From the sequence record OP870144.1: a stretch of DNA of 64,000 nucleotides; one strand, written 5' to 3'. Made by a program: the position numbers and the translations under genes. How positions within the stretch are numbered: position 1 is the stretch's first letter; each line of letters begins with the position of its first letter. A model generated the notes under the pieces. That model had not been told where the DNA came from, did no database searches, and worked only from the letters and a program-made list of their open reading frames with translations. The stretch is from Escherichia phage vB_Eco_F25. This document shows, piece by piece, positions 59,293-64,000 of this stretch.

Positions 59293-60752
59293 AGACCAGT
59301 TACCTCATGAAAATCACCAAATACATCCTCGAATGTATTAGCTTTAGTTTTATCTTCACGTAAACGAATCGCAATCGGAAGAAATAATTTAACGTAATCA
59401 GTACGTCCATCTAATTTTACCCAGCCGTTGCATTCGCACTCTAGAATTTTTCCAATATAATAATTTTGGTTTTCCATAATGCGAGTACGGTCAAGTTCAT
59501 GCGATTTTACGCCGGCTTTATCTTTTAAGCCTGAACCAGCATTTACTTTAATTTTTCCACACTCTGACTCAAGAATAAATCCACCTGCTTTAGTAGGGTC
59601 TTTACGGTGAGGATAAATTCCTACAATTTTTAAATCAACATCAATTACTTCTTTAAATTTATAAAGATTTTTTGAACGAGCATTTTCCCATAATCCATCG
59701 ATATTTTTGAGAATAATACCTTCAAGACCTTGGTCAATATACTTTTTGTAAATTACCTTAGCTTCATCTAGGTTATTTACTACTTGGTTTTCAATTAAAA
59801 TTACTTTATCATAGCCTGATGTCATTTGTTCTAGTTTAGAAAAACGTACATCATATTTTAAACGAAACGCCGGAAGACCGTATATTTCTACCAACGGAAC
59901 ATAATCCCAGACCTGAAACTTCATGCATTGAGCTTCTTTTTCTGAAATAGTTCCCTTTAAAGATTTATTAGCGATTCCATTAGAAGTAGTACGTGATTCA
60001 GCTACTTCGGCGAATTCTTTAGCTTTACTAATTTCAGGATAAGCATCAAAAAGAAAATCTAGGCCTTCTGGCTCCTTTTCAACTTGCTCATGGTATACCA
60101 ATTCGCCATCAATTAACACACCTTCTGGATGAATCTGGCGAGCTTCTGCAGTCATTTTGATTAACTCTTCTTTGAGAAGATCTAATCCTAGATATTCATT
60201 ACCAGCTCGTGATAAAAGACGAACATCATCTAATTCATCACCTCTGACTTCAGCAAAGCACCGAGCTCCATCAGCTTTTAATTGGGCAAAGGCTGGAAAT
60301 TTGATATTCTTATTAATGCCTTTTTCATCATAAGAACTTGCCAGCATTTGAGGTTGTTCAGGAATTAAACCTGGCCAAACTTTGTTTGCAATAGATACTG
60401 ATGCACCACATTCAAGGTCTCGCATCATCACCCGACGCAAAACTTCAACATCATCTTTTTTACCGTCAGCAATATATCCAGTTAATTCCTCAATTGCCGC
60501 ATTTCCGGTCAATTTCCGAGTAGCTAACGTGAATTCAATGAAGTCAAGCATATCGGTAAGAGTCAACATTCCAAAACTCTGGGTAGCAATACCAGGTTTA
60601 GGCCATTTCTTGATATAATACTGTAACCCACGAGAATAAGTCAGACGATATACTCGTTTAAGCAATTCATTATCTTTATTCTTTTCAAGAATTGCTTGCT
60701 TCTGCTTAGTTGAACCAATAGATGCTATTTCGTTCAGAATTTTAAGAATCAT
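59289..60752 (-). CDS. 30: ATP-dependent DNA ligase gp30
   Basis: 487 aa; adenylation motif KADGARC; T4 ligase length. Confidence 0.95.
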   Translation of the reverse strand: MILKILNEIASIGSTKQKQAILEKNKDNELLKRVYRLTYSRGLQYYIKKWPKPGIATQSFGMLTLTDMLDFIEFTLATRKLTGNAAIEELTGYIADGKKDDVEVLRRVMMRDLECGASVSIANKVWPGLIPEQPQMLASSYDEKGINKNIKFPAFAQLKADGARCFAEVRGDELDDVRLLSRAGNEYLGLDLLKEELIKMTAEARQIHPEGVLIDGELVYHEQVEKEPEGLDFLFDAYPEISKAKEFAEVAESRTTSNGIANKSLKGTISEKEAQCMKFQVWDYVPLVEIYGLPAFRLKYDVRFSKLEQMTSGYDKVILIENQVVNNLDEAKVIYKKYIDQGLEGIILKNIDGLWENARSKNLYKFKEVIDVDLKIVGIYPHRKDPTKAGGFILESECGKIKVNAGSGLKDKAGVKSHELDRTRIMENQNYYIGKILECECNGWVKLDGRTDYVKLFLPIAIRLREDKTKANTFEDVFGDFHEVTGL

Positions 60753-61018
60753 TGTTCATCCTTTAGAGTTTGGTTTACAGCTCTATTATAAATCAATTCA
60801 TCATTAAGCTCAGTCAAAGACCTATGGTACGTGGTTCTAACTTTATTTCCTTGCATCCAGTGCTTGACGTAAATAAAACCTTGCTCTACACATTTTTTAA
60901 AAATTCGTTCGTCTTTTTGAGCTCGGAATTCTGGATTGCATCTAAAAAATTGATTTACGTGACCGTAATCACGTGTAGTATTACCTTCATTTTCATAAAT
61001 AGTGTGAACGACAAACAT
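60749..61018 (-). CDS. 30.1: Hypothetical protein (30.1 position)
   Basis: 89-aa ORF, start/stop overlaps with neighbours. Confidence 0.6.
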   Translation of the reverse strand: MFVVHTIYENEGNTTRDYGHVNQFFRCNPEFRAQKDERIFKKCVEQGFIYVKHWMQGNKVRTTYHRSLTELNDELIYNRAVNQTLKDEQ

Positions 61019-61860
61019 TAGAATGCTCCTTGGAAAATATTATCACCACTAGTAGGTCTATTATACAAATACTCTATGCCACCAGGTTTAATATAGTTCC
61101 ATGTATGAAATGGATGCACATGATATGGATGTGTATAATATGGATGGTATGGATTTAATCCAGGAGTTCTCCAGGTAGTATTCCAACGAAAAGAATCGTT
61201 TTTAATCATCTTTTCAATTACATCTTTTATAGCTTTTTCACTATCAAAACTTTCTTTATTTTCCTTCGATGGAAAAAGCTTATTCTCTACATCATTCCAT
61301 GTATAAACTCGCTGAGCGGTTTTTGGAATACTGTCACGCTCCCCTCGAGCCATCCAATAAACAGGAACATTTAATATTTCACTCGCATGATCGCAGTGGT
61401 GAGCGAGATCGTCAATATAACAAATTACGTTATATTTCTCTTTTGCCTTTTTGAACAACTCTTCTTTTGAAGAATCATGACCACACATCAATACTTCTGA
61501 GAAGGCACCAGGAAAAAGAGCATTCAAATTAAATTGACGATTCAGCAGAGCGTCAATAGAATCACCCAATGCTGTAACAGCTACAAAATTATAATCTTCT
61601 TTTAATTTGTTAATTACGCACAGGGCATCTTTATATGGAGACAAATAGCGAATAAAATCTGAACGATTATACTTTTCGATTAATTTAACACCGAGTTCTT
61701 CATCGCAATTAAAGAGCTTACCAGGAGAAATAAATTTTTCGTCCTGAATCATTTTTAAAATATGTTCCAACGGAAGATTATATTTTTGGGCAAAATAAGG
61801 AAGGCCCGATTGCCAGCTTAAACACACCCCGTCAATATCAGTCAAAATAGTAGGCTTCAT
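61018..61860 (-). CDS. 30.2: HAD-superfamily phosphatase-like protein with His/Pro/Tyr-rich C-terminal tail (30.2 position)
   Basis: 280 aa; HAD motif I ILTDIDGV, motif IV-like ICYIDD; tail PYHPYYTHPYHVHPFHTW. Confidence 0.6.
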   Translation of the reverse strand: MKPTILTDIDGVCLSWQSGLPYFAQKYNLPLEHILKMIQDEKFISPGKLFNCDEELGVKLIEKYNRSDFIRYLSPYKDALCVINKLKEDYNFVAVTALGDSIDALLNRQFNLNALFPGAFSEVLMCGHDSSKEELFKKAKEKYNVICYIDDLAHHCDHASEILNVPVYWMARGERDSIPKTAQRVYTWNDVENKLFPSKENKESFDSEKAIKDVIEKMIKNDSFRWNTTWRTPGLNPYHPYYTHPYHVHPFHTWNYIKPGGIEYLYNRPTSGDNIFQGAF

Positions 61861-62315
61861 AGAGAGTCTCTTAATAGGTTTAACACATCAATAAATTCAG
61901 CTTCGGTTAGTATTGTATCATCTTTTGTTAGACCACTAGCCATGCTGTGCTTCAAAACTTTTCCTTTCGAGGCTTGTAATGCATCACGAAAACCCCTGTT
62001 TTGGATCGCTGCTTCAAAATATGCATTTGTGTATAATTCTTTCCATGCTGGAGAGTATCTTGAAAATGGAACTCCAAGCCAGAACAACGTGCCACGGTCC
62101 TGAGCTCTAGCATAAGACCTTCCAGCTTGTTGGGCGGCAAGCCCGGATAACCCAAATATACGTCTTTGCTGTTCAACATTTTTCACCTTACATCCTTGGA
62201 GGAATCCTTCGAGACCTCCAAATTGGATACCATCCATAACAAAAGGCCATTGGGCGAAATTACTTAATGCACATGATGGCCATCTAAAATTGCTTCTAAT
62301 CTCTAGCTCAGACAT
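61857..62315 (-). CDS. 30.3: NADAR (YbiA/DUF1768)-like protein (30.3 position)
   Basis: Track ORF starts at TTG; ATG at 62313-62315; LSNFAQWPFVMDGIQFGGLEGFLQGCK resembles recalled YbiA/NADAR core. Confidence 0.5.
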   Translation of the reverse strand: MSELEIRSNFRWPSCALSNFAQWPFVMDGIQFGGLEGFLQGCKVKNVEQQRRIFGLSGLAAQQAGRSYARAQDRGTLFWLGVPFSRYSPAWKELYTNAYFEAAIQNRGFRDALQASKGKVLKHSMASGLTKDDTILTEAEFIDVLNLLRDSL

Positions 62316-62514
62316 TTTCAATACTTATAATTTCAACATCAGCCCAATGACCATAGCAAGGAAGACGAAATTCAATTGGCCAGTTAGGGTCCTTTTCTAA
62401 TATAATAGACTTAACTTGCGGTTCTTCATGTTCATCGGTATACGGACCTTTATATGTTACTTTATATGTGACCTTAATGTACTGAATTCCAAAAATCTTA
62501 TTAATTATATTCAT
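62308..62514 (-). CDS. Hypothetical small protein
   Basis: 68-aa ORF, ATG overlaps upstream stop. Confidence 0.55.
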   Translation of the reverse strand: MNIINKIFGIQYIKVTYKVTYKGPYTDEHEEPQVKSIILEKDPNWPIEFRLPCYGHWADVEIISIENV

Positions 62515-62707
62515 ACTAATTCCTTTAATCCATAGATAGGAGATAATTCATCGCCCATACGAAGGTCTTCATTTCCATCTACCCAGGAAACAATATAAGC
62601 CTCTTTTATTTAAATACCACTCCATTTAAATGGAGGTAGAACCTTAGAAATTAATCCAGGTATACCAACTCCCTTTAATTCAACAGTTTGACCTAAAAAG
62701 AATTTCA
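62515..62707 (-). pseudogene. Small ORF interrupted by an in-frame TAA (32 + 29 codons)
   Basis: ATG overlaps upstream stop (TAATG); frame reads MKFFLGQTVELKGVGIPGLISKVLPPFKWSGI-stop-IKEAYIVSWVDGNEDLRMGDELSPIYGLKELV; terminal TGA overlaps next ATG. Confidence 0.3.
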
Positions 62708-62995
62708 TTAGAACCTCATCTGAAAGCCATGTGATTTAACATTACCGCCGCCAATATCAGAAATATTAATTTCACGCGCAATTGAAGGGTCAATGTCAAT
62801 TTCACGATTGAGTTTAGTGATAGCTAAAGTATCGCGGCCATTTACAGTACGGAACTCTAAAGGGCAGACTATATTAACATAGTTTTTAATCGATTCACTA
62901 GTAGGTTGCAAATGAGCAGGAAGGTCTTTAGGCGCCTTTGAGAAAACCACTTCACAGAAATTTTTACGGGTATCAAAATAAGTAGTCATAAACAT
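62708..62995 (-). CDS. Hypothetical protein
   Basis: 95-aa track ORF; my hand reading near 62940 differed by one base, so the frame should be rechecked. Confidence 0.5.
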   Translation of the reverse strand: MFMTTYFDTRKNFCEVVFSKAPKDLPAHLQPTSESIKNYVNIVCPLEFRTVNGRDTLAITKLNREIDIDPSIAREINISDIGGGNVKSHGFQMRF

Positions 62996-63036
62996 AGTAT
63001 TTTCCTCAGTAAGGGGCCGAAGCCCCTCATTTTATT

Positions 63037-63402
63037 TTAAATATCAAATTCGTTAAGAACTACATCAAAGATTGCTTCAAGATGCTCAGGTTTAGCTCTG
63101 TTACTCAAAATATGACGAATCCAAGTTTTAACCAGAAGCTTACGATTAACGCCATTCCAGCAAGGATGAGTCCCTAAATCGCGTTGACGGAAATCATCAT
63201 CTAATGCGATTTTAAAAGAAGAACCTTCTTTCGTGATTGAAACCGTGATGCCATTTTCAAATCGCATATAAACGTAGTTAGGAGTCATATACTGTTCAAT
63301 TTCGCATACTGATCCATTTTGATGTTTCCAAAGGCAGATAGTATCAATAGAACCTGCAATACCATTAGAAACATATTTACGTTCAAAGTTGATGTAGTTC
63401 AT
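63037..63402 (-). CDS. Hypothetical protein
   Basis: 121-aa ORF with GGAG SD and early promoter upstream. Confidence 0.6.
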   Translation of the reverse strand: MNYINFERKYVSNGIAGSIDTICLWKHQNGSVCEIEQYMTPNYVYMRFENGITVSITKEGSSFKIALDDDFRQRDLGTHPCWNGVNRKLLVKTWIRHILSNRAKPEHLEAIFDVVLNEFDI

Positions 63403-63439
63403 TTTTATTCTCCGAGATGTTTAATTGCGGTACAGGTAT

Positions 63440-63468
63440 ATAATATCATATCCTGTACCAAAGTAAAC
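63440..63468 (-). promoter_or_regulatory. T4-type early promoter (GTTTAC-N17-TATTAT) embedded in an inverted repeat
   Basis: Minus strand GTTTAC + 17 nt + TATTAT; flanked by inverted repeat GGTACAGG (63428-63435) / CCTGTACC (63452-63459). Confidence 0.4.
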
Positions 63469-63470
63469 AA

Positions 63471-63803
63471 TTATTTTACTACTTTCCAATGTTGCATGTC
63501 AAGTTTACCAACTTTTTTCATCTTCTCAATTAAGCGTTCGGCACGTTGGCGGGCTGTAACATAATACCATTCACCTAATTCATTTTGTTCAATTTTTCCA
63601 ACGATTACTGTATTCAATTCATAAATCCAGCCAGTAAAGAAATTATGAACTTGGATTGTAAAGGTGAAATCTGTTCCCATACCTTCTGTTGTTTCTACTT
63701 CAATAATATCACCTTCAACTGCCATTAAGAACCACATAGTTTCATCATATTTACCATTGAAGCATTTAGTTTTAACCGCAGCGTTCAGATTAATCGTTTT
63801 CAT
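63471..63803 (-). CDS. Hypothetical protein
   Basis: 110-aa ORF, GGAG SD, early promoter upstream. Confidence 0.6.
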   Translation of the reverse strand: MKTINLNAAVKTKCFNGKYDETMWFLMAVEGDIIEVETTEGMGTDFTFTIQVHNFFTGWIYELNTVIVGKIEQNELGEWYYVTARQRAERLIEKMKKVGKLDMQHWKVVK

Positions 63804-63830
63804 TTTATTCTCCTTTGTTTGTGTAAGATA

Positions 63831-63860
63831 ATACTATCACAAAGGAACTATACTGTAAAC
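63831..63860 (-). promoter_or_regulatory. T4-type early promoter (GTTTAC-N17-ATAGTAT)
   Basis: Minus strand GTTTAC + 17 nt + ATAGTAT, directly after a terminator. Confidence 0.4.
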
Positions 63861-63879
63861 AACTTTGTGCAATCTTTGG

Positions 63880-63909
63880 AAAATAAAAAAGGACTCCCGA
63901 AGGAGTCCT
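63880..63909 (-). terminator. Rho-independent terminator
   Basis: Hairpin AGGACTCC-CGAA-GGAGTCCT followed by U-run on minus strand, just after the stop of the partial gene. Confidence 0.55.
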
Positions 63910-63913
63910 CAAC

Positions 63914-64000
63914 TTATGCTTTCTGCTTACCAAAACGAGAAGCATCATCTCGAAGAACCGCACGTGCTCGGCGCATGATCTTCTCAACAGTTTGATTGAT
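63914..64000 (-). CDS. C-terminal end of a gene extending beyond the window (unknown product)
   Basis: Open frame from window edge ...INQTVEKIMRRARAVLRDDASRFGKQKA then TAA, followed by terminator; preferred over overlapping track ORF 63805..63987. Confidence 0.5.
   Translation of the reverse strand: MNQTVEKIMRRARAVLRDDASRFGKQKA

Noticed and set aside
63805-63987. 60-aa TTG-initiated track ORF at the window end.
   Set aside because: It runs through a terminator hairpin and an early promoter; a different frame gives a clean gene end (TAA at about 63914) directly followed by the terminator.

Overview
This window is a contiguous segment of a T4-like (Tequatrovirus-type) myovirus genome, read by eye without tools. 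It runs from the lysozyme gene e, through the e.x accessory genes, the tRNA cluster, internal-protein genes, 57B/57A/1/3/2/4, the baseplate-tail-head morphogenesis block (53, 5, 5.4, 6-12, wac, 13-24 including terminase 16/17, portal 20, protease 21, capsid 23), rnlB-hoc-inh-segE-uvsW-uvsY, the baseplate hub/tail genes 25-26-51-27-28-29-48-54, and ends in the alt / DNA ligase 30 / 30.x accessory region. Gene calls rest on protein length and motif agreement with recalled T4 proteins plus T4 synteny; no database search was run. Several track ORFs begin at TTG and were trimmed to a downstream ATG with a Shine-Dalgarno sequence. Coordinates of features I derived by hand (tRNAs, promoters, terminators, small ORFs) may be off by a few nucleotides; at one place (about 62940) my reading disagreed with the ORF track by one base, so single-nucleotide claims need recomputation. 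The structural core looks ordinary. The points most worth a second look are in accessory regions: a zinc-finger/NUMOD-like/PD-(D/E)XK-like nuclease gene inside the tRNA cluster whose reading frame ends inside tRNA-Arg; a 57-nt internally deleted tRNA-Thr-like remnant; five internal-protein-like genes with capsid-targeting N-termini at three loci, one module bounded by an exact 48-bp direct repeat; frameshifted N-terminal alt duplicates downstream of alt; and a HAD-like plus NADAR-like gene pair beside the ligase and near alt.
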